64,000 nucleotides of DNA from positions 30,752,001-30,816,000 of the forward strand of contig OZ024744.1 in the NCBI GenBank assembly GCA_964016885.1, written 5' to 3'. Origin of the DNA: Eledone cirrhosa. Its lineage: Eukaryota. Each line of letters begins with the position of its first letter. Within the stretch, counting starts at the first letter, position 1. Below are positions 26,788 to 41,900 of this stretch, piece by piece. The notes below the pieces were generated by a model. The model was not told where the DNA came from. It saw nothing but the letters and a program-made list of their open reading frames with translations, and did not search any database. Both the position numbers and the translations under genes were made by a program.

Positions 26788-28745
26788 ATGAAACAGTTCT
26801 AGTCGTGTAGAATCTCATCTATATTAAAATTTTTTGATACCCAGATTCCTGATGATTTCTAAAGAATGAAACAGTTCTAGTCCTTTAGAATCTCATCCAT
26901 ATTAAAAATTTTTGATACCCAGATTCCTGATGATTTCTAAAGAATGAAACAGTTTTAGTCCTGTAGAATCTCATCTATATTAAAATTTGTGACACCCAGA
27001 TTCCTGATGATTTCTAAAGAATGAAACAGTTGTAGTTCAGTAGAATCTCATCTATATTAAAATTTTTTGAAACCCACATTCCTGATGATTTCTAAAGAAT
27101 GAAACAGTTCTAGTCCTGTAGAATCTCATCTATACTAATAATTTTTGATACCCAGATTCCTGGTGATTTCTAAAGAATGAAACAGTTCTAGTCCTGTAGA
27201 ATCTCATCTATATTCAAAATTTTTGATACCCAGATTCCTGATGATTTCTAAAGAATGAAACACCTCTAGTCCTTTAGAACCTCATCTATATTAACATTTT
27301 TTGACACCCAGATTCCTGATGATTTCTAAAGAATGAAACAGTTCTAGTACTGTAGAATCTCATCTATACTAAAAATTTTTGATACCCAGATTCCTGATGA
27401 TTTCTAAAGAATGAACTAGTTCTAGTCCTGTAGAATCTCATCTATATTAACACTTTTTGATACCCAGATTCGTGATGATTTCTAAAGAATGAAACAGTTC
27501 TAGTCCTGTAGAATCTCATCTATATTAACATTTTTTGATACCCAGATTCCTGATGATTTCAAAAATAATGAAACAGTTCTAGTCCTGTAGAATCTCATCT
27601 ATATTAAAGTTTTTGGATACCCAGATTCCTGATGATTTCTAAAGAATGAAACAGTTCTAGTCCTTTAGAATCTCATCCATATTAAAAAATTTTGATACCC
27701 AGATTCCTGATAATTTCTAAAGAATGAAACAGTTCTAGTCCTGTAGAATCTCATCTATATTAAAAATTCTTGATACCCAGATTCCTGATGATTTCTAAAG
27801 AATGAAACAGTTCTAGTCCTGTAGAATCTCATTTATATTAACATTTTTTGACACCCAGATTCCTGATGATTTCTAAAGAATGAAACAGTTCTAGTAATGT
27901 AGAATCTCATCTAAACTAAACATTTTTGATACCCAGATTCCTGATGATTTCTAAAGAATGAACCAGTTCTAGTCCTGTAGAATCTCATCTATATTAACAC
28001 TTTTTGATACCCAGATTCCTGATGATTTCTAAAGAATGAAACAGTTCTAGTCCTGTAGAATCTCATCTATATTAAAATTTTTTGATACCCAGATTCCTGA
28101 TGATTTCTAAATAATGAAACAGTTCTAGTCCTGTAGAATCTCATCTATATTAAAATTTTTGGATAACCAGATTCCTGATGATTTCTAAAGAATGAAACAG
28201 TTCTAGTCCGGTAGAATCTCATCTATATTAACATTTTTTGATACCCAGATTCCTGATGATTTCTAAAGAATGAAACAGTTCTAGTCCTGTAGAATCTCAT
28301 CTATATTAACATTTTTTGATACCCAGATTCCTGATGATTTCCAAAGAATGAAACAGTTCTAGTCCGGTAGAATCTCATCTATATTAAAATTTGTTGATAC
28401 CCAGATTCCTGATGATTTCTAAAGAATGAAACAGTTCTAGTCCTGTAGAATCTCATCTATATTAAAATTTTTTGATACCCAGATTCCTGATGATTTCTAA
28501 AGAATGAAACAGTTCTAGTCCTGTAGAATATCATCTATATTAAAAATATTTGATACCCAGATTACTGATGATTTCTAAAGAATGAAACAGTTCTAGTCCT
28601 GTAGAATCTCATCTATATTAAAATTTGTTGATACCCAGATTCCTGATGATTTCTAAAGAATGAAACAGTTCTAGTCCTGTAGAATCTCATCTATATTAAA
28701 AATTTTTGATACCCAGATTCCTGATGATTTCTAAAGAATGAAACA

Positions 28746-28980
28746 TAGGTGTCACGACAAAAAAACACACAGTCCACACTGTAATGTGGCCGTGTAGGCA
28801 ACACGGTAATAACCTCCCAGACCCACACTGTAGATGTGGTTGGTGTTAGGAAGGGCATCCAACTGTAGAAAACCTGCCAGACAGTCCTATGCGAGCAAGA
28901 CAATCACTCTTGCCTCAAGTGGGACTACCCACGTCCAAACCCATGTAAGCGTGGAACACGGACGTTAAACGTTGATGATG
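28746..28980 (+). mobile_element. SINE-like insert copy 7 (subtype A), 235 bp
   Basis: Near-identical to copy 5, 4257 bp downstream of it. Confidence 0.8.
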
Positions 28981-31900
28981 ATGAAACAGTTCTAGTCGTG
29001 TAGAATCTCATCTATATTCAAATTTTTTGATACCCAGATTCCTGATGATTTCCAAAGAATGAAACAGTTCTAGTCCGGTAGAATCTCATCTATATTAAAA
29101 TTTGTTGATACCCAGATTCCTGATGATTTCTAAAGAATGAAACAGTTCTTGTCCTTTAGAATCTCATCCATATTAAAATTTTTTGTTACCCAGATTCCTG
29201 ATAATTTCTAAAGAATGAAACAGTTCTAGTCCTGTAGAATCTCATCTATATTAAAATTTTTTGATACCCAGATTCCTGATAATTTCTAAAGAATGAAACA
29301 GTTCTAGTATTGTAGAATCTCATCTATATTAAAAATTTTTGATACCCAGATTCCTGATGATTTCTAAAGTATGAAACAGTTCTAGTCCTGTAGAATCTCA
29401 TCTATATTAACATTTTTTGATACCCAGATTCCTGATGATTTCTAAAGAATGAAACAGTTCTAGTCCTGTAGATTCTCATGTATATTAAAATTTTTTAATA
29501 CCCAGATTCCTGATGATTTCTAAAGAATGAAACAGTTCTAGTCCTGTAGAATGTCATCTATACTAAAATTTTTTGATACCCAGATTCCTGGTGATTTCTT
29601 AAGAATGAAACAGTTCTAGTCCTGTAGAATCTCATCTATATTAAAATTTTTTGATACCCAAATTCCTGATGATTTCTAAAGAATGAAACAGTTCTAGTCC
29701 TGTAGAATCTCATCTACATTAAAATTTTTTGATACCCAGATTCCTGATGATTTCTAAAGAATGAAACAGCTCTAGTCCTGTAGAATCTCATCTATATTAA
29801 AAATTTCTGATACCCACATTCCTGATGATTTCTAAAGAATGAAACAGTTATAGTCCTGTAGAATCTCATCTATACTAATAATTTTTGATACCCAGATTCC
29901 TGGTGGTTTCTAAAGAATGAAACAGTTCTAGTCCTGTAGAATCTCATCTATATTAAAATTTTGTGACACCCAGATTCCTGATGATTTCTAAAGAATAAAA
30001 CAGTTGTAGTTCAGTAGAATCTCATCTATATTAGAATTTTTTGATACCCACATTCCTGATGATTTCTAAAGAATGAAACAGTTCTAGTCCTGTAGAATCT
30101 CATCTATACTAATAATTTTTGATACCCAGATTCCTGGTGATTTCTAAAGAATGAAACAGTTCTAGTCCTGTAGAATCTCATCTATATTAAAAATTTTTGA
30201 TACCCAGATTCGTGATGATTTCTAAAGAATGAAACACCTCTAGTCCTTTAGAACCTCATCTATATTAACATTTTTTGACACCCAGATTCCTGATGATTTC
30301 AAAAGAATGAAACAGTTCTAGTACTGTAGAATCTCATCTATACTAAAAATTTTTGATACCCAGATTCCTGATGATTTCTAAAGAATGAACTAGTTCTAGT
30401 CCTGTAGAATCTCATCTATATTAACACTTTTTGATACCCAGATTCCTGATGATTTCTAAAGAATGAAACAGTTCTAGACCTGTAGAATCTCATCTATATT
30501 AACATTTTTGATACCCAGATTCCTGATGATTTCTAAAGAATGAAACAGTTCTAGTCCTGTAGAATCTCATCTATATTAACATTTTTTGATACCCAGATTC
30601 CTAATGATTTCAAAAATAATGAAACAGTTCTAGTCCTGTAAAATCTCATCTATATTAACATTTTTTGATACCCAGATTCCTGATGATTTCTAAAGAATGA
30701 AACAGTTCTAGTCCTGTAGAATCTCATCTATATTAAAAATTCTTGATACCCAGATTCCTGATGATTTCTAAAGAATGAAACAGTTCTAGTCCTGTAGAAT
30801 CTCATCTATATTATCATTTTTTGATACCCAGATTCCTGATGATTTCTAAAGAATGAAACAGTTCTAGTCCCGTAGAATCTCATCTATATTAAAAAATTTT
30901 GATACCCAGATTCTAGATGATTTCTAAAGAATGAAACAGTTCTAGTCCTGTAGAATCTCATCTATATATAAATTTTTTGATACCCAGATTCCTGATAATT
31001 TCTAAAGAATGAAACAGTTCTAGTCCTGTAGAATCTCATCTATATTAACATTTTTTGATACCCAGATTTCTGATAATTTCTAAAGAATGAAACAGATCTA
31101 GTCCTGTAGAATCTCATCTATATTAACATTTTTTCATACCCAGATTCCTGATAATTTGTAAAGAATGAAACAGTTCTAGTCCTGTAGAATCTCATCTATA
31201 TTAACATTTTTTGATACCCAGATTCCTGATGATTTCTAAAGAATGAAACAGTTCTAGTCCTGTAGAATCTCATCTATATTAAAATTTTTGGATACCCATA
31301 TTCCTGATGATTTCTATAGAATGAAACAGTTCTAGTCCTGTAGAATCTCATCTATATTAAAATTTTTTGATACCCAGATTCCTGATGATTTCTAAAGAAT
31401 AAAACAGTTCTAGTCCTGTAGATTCTCATGTATATTAAAATTTTTTAATACCCAGATTCCTGATGATTTCTAAAGAATGAAACAGTTCTAGTCCTGTAGA
31501 ATGTCATCTATACTAAAATTTTTTGATACCCAGATTCCTGGTGATTTCTTAAGAATGAAACAGTTCTAGTCCTGTAGAATCTCATCTATATTAAAATTTT
31601 TTGATACCCAGATTCCTGATGATTTCTAAAGAATGAAACAGTTCTAGTCCTGTAGAATCTCATCTACATTAAAATTTTTTGATACCCAGATTCCTGATGA
31701 TTTCTAAAGAATGAAACAGCTCTAGTCCTGTAGAATCTCATCTATATTAAAAATTTTTGATACCCACATTCCTGATGATTTCTAAAGAATGAAACAGTTA
31801 TAGTCCTGTAGAATCTCATCTATACTAATAATTTTTGATACCCAGATTCCTGGTGATTTCTAAAGAATGAAACAGTTCTAGTCCTGTAGAATCTCATCTA

Positions 31901-32999
31901 TATTAAAATTTTGTGACACCCAGATTCCTGATGATTTCTAAAGAATAAAACAGTTGTAGTTCAGTAGAATCTCATCTATATTAGAATTTTTTGATACCCA
32001 CATTCCTGATGATTTCTAAAGAATGAAACAGTTCTAGTCCTGTAGAATCTCATCTATACTAATAATTTTTGATACCCAGATTCCTGGTGATTTCTAAAGA
32101 ATGAAACAGTTCTAGTCCTGTAGAATCTCATCTATATTAAAAATTTTTGATACCCAGATTCGTGATGATTTCTAAAGAATGAAACACCTCTAGTCCTTTA
32201 GAACCTCATCTATATTAACATTTTTTGACACCCAGATTCCTGATGATTTCAAAAGAATGAAACAGTTCTAGTACTGTAGAATCTCATCTATACTAAAAAT
32301 TTTTGATACCCAGATTCCTGATGATTTCTAAAGAATGAACTAGTTCTAGTCCTGTAGAATCTCATCTATATTATTATTTTTTGATACCCAGATTCCTGAT
32401 GATTTCTAAAGAATGAAACAGTTCTAGTCCCGTAGAATCTCATCTATATTAAAAAATTTTGATACCCAGATTCTAGATGATTTCTAAAGAATGAAACAGT
32501 TCTAGTCCTGTAGAATCTCATCTATATATAAATTTTTTGATACCCAGATTCCTGATAATTTCTAAAGAATGAAACAGTTCTAGTCCTGTAGAATCTCATC
32601 TATATTAACATTTTTTGATACCCAGATTTCTGATAATTTCTAAAGAATGAAACAGATCTAGTCCTGTAGAATCTCATCTATATTAACATTTTTTCATACC
32701 CAGATTCCTGATAATTTGTAAAGAATGAAACAGTTCTAGTCCTGTAGAATCTCATCTATATTAAAATTTTTTGATACCCAGATTCCTGATGATTTCTAAA
32801 GAATGAAACAGATCTAGTCCTGTAGAATCTCATCTATATTAAAATTTTTTGATACCCAGATTCCTGATGATTTCTAAAGAATGAAACAGTTCTAGTCCTG
32901 TAGAATCTCATCAATATTAACATTTTTTGATACCCAGATTCCTGATGATTTCTAAAGAATGAAACAGTTCTAGTCCTGTAGAATCTCATCTATATTAAC

Positions 33000-35900
33000 A
33001 TTTTTTGATACCCAGATTCCTGATGAATTCTAAAGAATGAAACAGTTCAAGTCCTGTAGAATCTCATCTATATTAACATTTTTGATACCCAGATTCCTGA
33101 TGATTTCTAAAGAATGAAACAGTTCTAGTCCTGTAGAATCTCATGTATATTAACAATTTTTGATACCCAGATTCCTGATGATTTCTAAACAATGAAACAG
33201 TTCTAGTCCTGTAGACTCTCATCTACATTAAATTTTTTAGATACCCAGATTCCTGATGATTTCTAAAGAATGAAATAGTTCTAGTCCTCTAGAATCTCAT
33301 CTATATTAACATTTTTTGATACCCAGATTCCTGATGATTTCTAAAGAATGAAACAGTTGTAGTCCTTTAGAATCTCATCCATAATAAAATTTTTTGATAC
33401 CCAGATTCCTGATGATTTCTAAAGAATGAAACTGTTCTAGTCCTGTAGAATCTCATCTATATTAACATTTTTTGATACCCAGATTCCTGATGAATTCTAA
33501 AGAATGAAACAGTTCTAGTCCTGTAGAATCTCATCTATATTAACATTTTTTGATACCCAGATTCCTGATGAATTCTAAAGAATGAAACAGTTCTAGTCCT
33601 GTAGAATCTCATCTATATTAACATTTTTGATACCCTGATTCCTGATGATTTCTAAAGAATGAAACAGTTCTAGTCATCTAGAATCTCATCTATATTAACA
33701 TTTTTTGATACCCAGATTCCTGATGAATTCTAAAGAATGAAACAGTTCAAGTCCTGTAGAATCTCATCTATATTAACATTTTTGATACCCAGATTCCTGA
33801 TGATTTCTAAAGAATGAAACAGTTCTAGTCCTGTAGAATCTCATGTATTTTAACAATTTTTGATACCCAGATTCCTGATGATTTCTAAAGAATGAAACAG
33901 TTCTAGTCCTGTAGAATCTCATCCATATTAAAATTTTTTGATACCCAGATTCCTGATAATTTGTAAAGAATGAAACAGTTCTAGTCCTGTAGAATCTCAT
34001 CTATATTAACATTTTTTCACACCCAGATTCCTGATGATTTCTAAAGAATGAAACAGTTCTAGTCCTGTAGAATCTCATCTATATTAACATTTTTTGATAC
34101 CCAGATTCCTGATGATTTCTAAAGAATGAAACAGTTCTAGTCCAGTAGAATCTCATCTATATTAACATTTTTTGATACCCAGATTCCTGATGAATTCTAA
34201 AGAATGAAACAGTTCTAGTCCTGTAGAATCTCATCTATATTAAAATTTTTGGATACCCAGATTCCTGATGATTTCTAAAGAATGAAACAGTTCTAGTCCT
34301 TTAGAATCACATTCATATTAAAATTTTTTGATACCCAGATTCCTGATGATTTCTAAAGAATGAAACAGTTCTAGTCCTGTAGAATCTCATCTATATTAAA
34401 ATTTTTTGATACCCCGATTCCTGATGATTTCTAAAGAATGAAACAGTTCTAGTCCTGTAGAATCTCATCTATATTAAAATTTTTGGACACCGAGATTCCT
34501 GATTATTTCTAAAGAATGAAACAGTTCTAGTCCTGTAGAATCTCATCTATATTAACATTTTTTGATACCCAGATTGCTAATGATTTCAAAAATAATGAAA
34601 CAGTTCTAGTCCTGTAGAATCTCATCTATATTAACATGTTTTGATACCCAGATTCCTGATGATTTCTAAAGAATGAAACAGTTCTAGTCCTGTAGAATCT
34701 CATCTATATTAAAAATTCTTGATACCCAGATTCCTGATGATTTCTAAAGAATGAAACAGTTCTAGTCCTGTAGAATCTCATCTATATTAACATTTTTGAT
34801 ACCCTGATTCCTGATGATTTCTAAAGAATGAAACAGTTCTAGTCATCTAGAATCTCATCTATATTAACATTTTTTGATACCCAGATTCCTGATGAATTCT
34901 AAAGAATGAAACAGTTCAAGTCCTGTAGAATCTCATCTATATTAACATTTTTGATACCCAGATTCCTGATGATTTCTAAAGAATGAAACAGTTCTAGTCC
35001 TGTAGAATCTCATGTATATTAACAATATTTGATACCCAGATTCCTGATGATTTCTAAAGAATGAAACAGTTCTAGTCCTGTAGAATCTCATCCATATTAA
35101 AATTTTTTGATACCCAGATTCCTGATAATTTGTAAAGAATGAAACAGTTCTAGTCCTGTAGAATCTCATCTATATTAACATTTTTTCACACCCAGATTCC
35201 TGATGATTTCTAAAGAATGAAACAGTTCTAGTCCTGTAGAATCTCATCTATATTAACATTTTTTGATACCCAGATTCCTGATGATTTCTAAAGAATGAAA
35301 CAGTTCTAGTCCAGTAGAATCTCATCTATATTAACATTTTTTGATACCCAGATTCCTGATGAATTCTAAAGAATGAAACAGTTCTAGTCCTGTAGAATCT
35401 CATCTATATTAAAATTTTTGGATACCCAGATTCCTGATGATTTCTAAAGAATGAAACAGTTCTAGTCCTTTAGAATCACATTCATATTAAAATTTTTTGA
35501 TACCCAGATTCCTGATGATTTCTAAAGAATGAAACAGTTCTAGTCCTGTAGAATCTCATCTATATTAAAATTTTTTGATACCCCGATTCCTGATGATTTC
35601 TAAAGAATGAAACAGTTCTAGTCCTGTAGAATCTCATCTATATTAAAATTTTTGGACACCGAGATTCCTGATTATTTCTAAAGAATGAAACAGTTCTAGT
35701 CCTGTAGAATCTCATCTATATTAACATTTTTTGATACCCAGATTGCTAATGATTTCAAAAATAATGAAACAGTTCTAGTCCTGTAGAATCTCATCTATAT
35801 TAACATGTTTTGATACCCAGATTCCTGATGATTTCTAAAGAATGAAACAGTTCTAGTCCTGTAGAATCTCATCTATATTAAAAATTCTTAATACCCAGAT

Positions 35901-38900
35901 TCCTGATGATTTCTAAAGAATGAAACAGTTCTAGTCCTGTAGAATCTCATCTATATTATCATTTTTTGATACCCAGATTCCTGATGATTTCTAAAGAATG
36001 AAACAGTTCTAGTCCCGTAGAATCTCATCTATATTAACATTTTTTGATACCCAGATTGCTGATGATTTCTAAAGAATGAAACAGTTCTAGTCCTGTAGAA
36101 TCTCATCTATATTAAAAAATTTTGATACCCAGATTCTTGATGATTTCTAAAGAATGAAACAGTTCTAGTCCTGTAGAATCTCATCTATATATAAATTTTT
36201 TGATACCCAGATTCCTGATAATTTCTAAAGAATGAAACAGTTCTAGTCCTGTAGAATCTCATCTATATTAACATTTTTTGATACCCAGATTTCTGATAAT
36301 TTCTAAAGAATGAGACAGATCTAGTCCTGTAGAATCTCATCTATATTAACATTTTTTGATACCCAGATTCCTGATAATTTGTAAAGAATGAAACAGTTCT
36401 AGTCCTGTAGAATCTCATCTATATTAAAATTTTTTGATACCCAGATTCCTGATGATTTCTAAAGAATGAAACAGATCTAGTCCTGTAGAATCTCATCTAT
36501 ATTAAAATTTTTTGATACCCAGATTCCTGATGATTTCTAAAGAATGAAACAGTTCTAGTCCTGTAGAATCTCATCAATATTAACATTTTTTGATACCCAG
36601 ATTCCTGATGATTTCTAAAGAATGAAACAGTTCTAGTCCTGTAGAATCTCATCTATATTAACATTTTTTGATACCCAGATTCCTGATGAATTCTAAAGAA
36701 TGAAACAGTTCAAGTCCTGTAGAATCTCATCTATATTAACATTTTTGATACCCAGATTCCTGATGATTTCTAAAGAATGAAACAGTTCTAGTCCTGTAGA
36801 ATCTCATGTATATTAACAATTTTTGATACCCAGATTCCTGATGATTTCTAAACAATGAAACAGTTCTAGTCCTGTAGAATCTCATCTACATTAAATTTTT
36901 TAGATACCCAGATTCCTGATGATTTCTAAAGAATGAAATAGTTCTAGTCCTCTAGAATCTCATCTATATTAACATTTTTTGATACCCAGATTCCTGATGA
37001 TTTCTAAAGAATGAAACAGTTCTAGTCCTGTAGAATCTCATCTATATTAACATTTTTTGATACCCAGATTCCTGATGAATTCTAAAGAATGAAACAGTTC
37101 AAGTCCTGTAGAATCTCATCTATATTAACATTTTTGATACCCAGATTCCTGATGATTTCTAAAGAATGAAACAGTTCTAGTCCTGTAGAATCTCATGTAT
37201 ATTAACAATTTTTGATACCCAGATTCCTGATGATTTCTAAAGAATGAAACAGTTCTAGTCCTGTAGAATCTCATCCATATTAAAATTTTTTGATACCCAG
37301 ATTCCTGATAATTTGTAAAGAATGAAACAGTTCTAGTCCTGTAGAATCTCATCTATATTAACATTTTTTCACACCCAGATTCCTGAAGATTTCTAAAGAA
37401 TGAAACAGTTCTAGTCCTGTAGAATCTCATCTATATTAACATTTTTTGATACCCAGATTCCTGATGATTTCTAAAGAATGAAACAGTTCTAGTCCAGTAG
37501 AATCTCATCTATATTAACATTTTTTGATACCCAGATTCCTGATGATTTCTAAAGAATGAAACAGTTCTAGTCCTGTAGAATCTCATCTATATTAAAATTT
37601 TTTGATACCCCGATTCCTGATGATTTCTAAAGAATGAAACAGTTCTAGTCCTGTAGAATCTCATCTATATTAAAATTTTTGGACACCGAGATTCCTGATT
37701 ATTTCTAAAGAATGAAACAGTTCTAGTCCTGTAGAATCTCATCTATATTAACATTTTTTGATACCCAGATTCCTAATGATTTCAAAAATAATGAAACAGT
37801 TCTAGTCCTGTAGAATCTCATCTATATTAACATTTTTTGATACCCAGATTCCTGATGATTTCTAAAGAATGAAACAGTTCTAGTCCTGTAGAATCTCATC
37901 TATATTAAAAATTCTTGATACCCAGATTCCTGATGATTTCTAAAGAATGAAACAGTTCTAGTCCTGTAGAATCTCATCTATATTATCATTTTTTGATACC
38001 CAGATTCCTGATGATTTCTAAAGAATGAAACAGTTCTAGTCCCGTAGAATCTCATCTATATTAACATTTTTTGATACCCAGATTGCTGATGATTTCTAAA
38101 GAATGAAACAGTTCTAGTCCTGTAGAATCTCATCTATATTAAAAAATTTTGATACCCAGATTCTTGATGATTTCTAAAGAATGAAACAGTTCTAGTCCTG
38201 TAGAATCTCATCTATATATAAATTTTTTGATACCCAGATTCCTGATAATTTCTAAAGAATGAAACAGTTCTAGTCCTGTAGAATCTCATCTATATTATCA
38301 TTTTTTGATACCCAGATTCCTGATGATTTCTAAAGAATGAAACAGTTCTAGTCCTGTAGAATCTCATCTATATTAAAAAATTTTGATACCCAGATTCTTG
38401 ATGATTTCTAAAGAATGAAACAGTTCTAGTCCTGTAGAATCTCATCTATATATAAATTTTTTGATACCCAGATTCCTGATAATTTCTAAAGAATGAAACA
38501 GTTCTAGTCCTGTAGAATCTCATCTATATTAACATTTTTTGATACCCAGATTTCTGATAATTTCTAAAGAATGAAACAGATCTAGTCCTGTAGAATCTCA
38601 TCTATATTAACATTTTTTGATACCCAGATTCCTGATAATTTGTAAAGAATGAAACAGTTCTAGTCCTGTAGAATCTCATCTATATTAAAATTTTTTGATA
38701 CCCAGATTCCTGATGATTTCTAAAGAATGAAACAGTATCTAGTCCTGTAGAATCTCATCTATATTAAAATTTTTTGATACCCAGATTCCTGATGATTTCT
38801 AAAGAATGAAACAGTTCTAGTCCTGTAGAATCTCATCAATATTAACATTTTTTGATACCCAGATTCCTGATGATTTCTAAAGAATGAAACAGTTCTAGTC

Positions 38901-41900
38901 CTGTAGAATCTCATCTATATTAACATTTTTTGATACCCAGATTCCTGATGAATTCTAAAGAATGAAACAGTTCAAGTCCTGTAGAATCTCATCTATATTA
39001 ACATTTTTGATACCCAGATTCCTGATGATTTCTAAAGAATGAAACAGTTCTAGTCCTGTAGAATCTCATGTATATTAACAATTTTTGATACCCAGATTCC
39101 TGATGATTTCTAAACAATGAAACAGTTCTAGTCCTGTAGAATCTCATCTATATTAAAAATTCTTGATACCCAGATTCCTGATGATTTCTAAAGAATGAAA
39201 CAGTTCTAGTCCTGTAGAATCTCATCTATATTATCATTTTTTGATACCCAGATTCCTGATGATTTCTAAAGAATGAAACAGTTCTAGTCCCGTAGAATCT
39301 CATCTATATTAACATTTTTTGATACCCAGATTGCTGATGATTTCTAAAGAATGAAACAGTTCTAGTCCTGTAGAATCTCATCTATATTAAAAAATTTTGA
39401 TACCCAGATTCTTGATGATTTCTAAAGAATGAAACAGTTCTAGTCCTGTAGAATCTCATCTATATATAAATTTTTTGATACCCAGATTCCTGATAATTTC
39501 TAAAGAATGAAACAGTTCTAGTCCTGTAGAATCTCATCTATATTAACATTTTTTGATACCCAGATTTCTGATAATTTCTAAAGAATGAGACAGATCTAGT
39601 CCTGTAGAATCTCATCTATATTAACATTTTTTGATACCCAGATTCCTGATAATTGGTAAAGAATGAAACAGTTCTAGTCCTGTAGAATCTCATCTATATT
39701 AAAATTTTTTGATACCCAGATTCCTGATGATTTCTAAAGAATGAAACAGATCTAGTCCTGTAGAATCTCATCTATATTAAAATTTTTTGATACCCAGATT
39801 CCTGATGATTTCTAAAGAATGAAACAGTTCTAGTCCTGTAGAATCTCATCAATATTAACATTTTTTGATACCCAGATTCCTGATGATTTCTAAAGAATGA
39901 AACAGTTCTAGTCCTGTAGAATCTCATCTATATTAACATTTTTTGATACCCAGATTCCTGATGAATTCTAAAGAATGAAACAGTTCAAGTCCTGTAGAAT
40001 CTCATCTATATTAACATTTTTGATACCCAGATTCCTGATGATTTCTAAAGAATGAAACAGTTCTAGTCCTGTAGAATCTTATGTATATTAACAATTTTTG
40101 ATACCCAGATTCCTGATGATTTCTAAACAATGAAACAGTTCTAGTCCTGTAGAATCTCATCTACATTAAATTTTTTAGATACCCAGATTCCTGATGATTT
40201 CTAAAGAATGAAATAGTTCTAGTCCTCTAGAATCTCATCTATATTAACATTTTTTGATACCCAGATTCCTGATGATTTCTAAAGAATGAAACAGTTGTAG
40301 TCCTTTAGAATCTCATCCATAATAAAATTTTTTGATACCCAGATTCCTGATGATTTCTAAAGAATGAAACTGTTCTAGTCCTGTAGAATCTCATCTATAT
40401 TAACATTTTTTGATACCCAGATTCCTGATGAATTCTAAAGAATGAAACAGTTCTAGTCCTGTAGAATCTCATCTATATTAACATTTTTTGATACCCAGAT
40501 TCCTGATGAATTCTAAAGAATGAAACAGTTCTAGTCCTGTAGAATCTCATCTATATTAACATTTTTGATACCCTGATTCCTGATGATTTCTAAAGAATGA
40601 AACAGTTCTAGTCATCTAGAATCTCATCTATATTAACATTTTTTGATACCCAGATTCCTGATGAATTCTAAAGAATGAAACAGTTCAAGTCCTGTAGAAT
40701 CTCATCTATATTAACATTTTTGATACCCAGATTCCTGATGATTTCTAAAGAATGAAACAGTTCTAGTCCTGTAGAATCTCATGTATATTAACAATATTTG
40801 ATACCCAGATTCCTGATGATTTCTAAAGAATGAAACAGTTCTAGTCCTGTAGAATCTCATCCATATTAAAATTTTTTGATACCCAGATTCCTGATAATTT
40901 GTAAAGAATGAAACAGTTCTAGTCCTGTAGAATCTCATCTATATTAACATTTTTTCACACCCAGATTCCTGATGATTTCTAAAGAATGAAACAGTTCTAT
41001 TCCTGTAGAATCTCATCTATATTAACATTTTTTGATACCCAGATTCCTGATGATTTCTAAAGAATGAAACAGTTCTAGTCCAGTAGAATCTCATCTATAT
41101 TAACATTTTTTGATACCCAGATTCCTGATGAATTCTAAAGAATGAAACAGTTCTAGTCCTGTAGAATCTCATCTATATTAAAATTTTTGGATACCCAGAT
41201 TCCTGATGATTTCTAAAGAATGAAACAGTTCTAGTCCTTTAGAATCACATTCATATTAAAATTTTTTGATACCCAGATTCCTGATGATTTCTAAAGAATG
41301 AAACAGTTCTAGTCCTGTAGAATCTCATCTATATTAAAATTTTTTGATACCCCGATTCCTGATGATTTCTAAAGAATGAAACAGTTCTAGTCCTGTAGAA
41401 TCTCATCTATATTAAAATTTTTGGACACCGAGATTCCTGATTATTTCTAAAGAATGAAACAGTTCTAGTCCTGTAGAATCTCATCTATATTAACATTTTT
41501 TGATACCCAGATTGCTAATGATTTCAAAAATAATGAAACAGTTCTAGTCCTGTAGAATCTCATCTATATTAACATGTTTTGATACCCAGATTCCTGATGA
41601 TTTCTAAAGAATGAAACAGTTCTAGTCCTGTAGAATCTCATCTATATTATCATTTTTTGATACCCAGATTCCTGATGATTTCTAAAGAATGAAACAGTTC
41701 TAGTCCCGTAGAATCTCATCTATCTTAACATTTTTTGATACCCAGATTGCTGATGATTTCTAAAGAATGAAACAGTTCTAGTCCTGTAGAATCTCATCTA
41801 TATTAAAAAATTTTGATACCCAGATTCTTGATGATTTCTAAAGAATGAAACAGTTCTAGTCCTGTAGAATCTCATCTATATATAAATTTTTTGATACCCA

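Larger units (their letters stand above)
17850..29450. repeat. Higher-order repeat, period 4257 bp (~48 monomers plus one A and one B insert); first unit shorter; boundaries approximate
   Basis: Insert starts 20232/24489/28746 and 22284/26541 are exactly 4257 apart, with the same order of monomer variants. The spacing 18417 to 22284 is 3867, i.e. 5 monomers fewer. Confidence 0.92.

Noticed and set aside
17078-28903. Minus-strand 70-76 aa ORFs (MSCSHRTVWQVFYSW...)
   Set aside because: They are antisense read-through of the insert into the satellite, with no recognisable domain; similarity between them simply reflects duplication.
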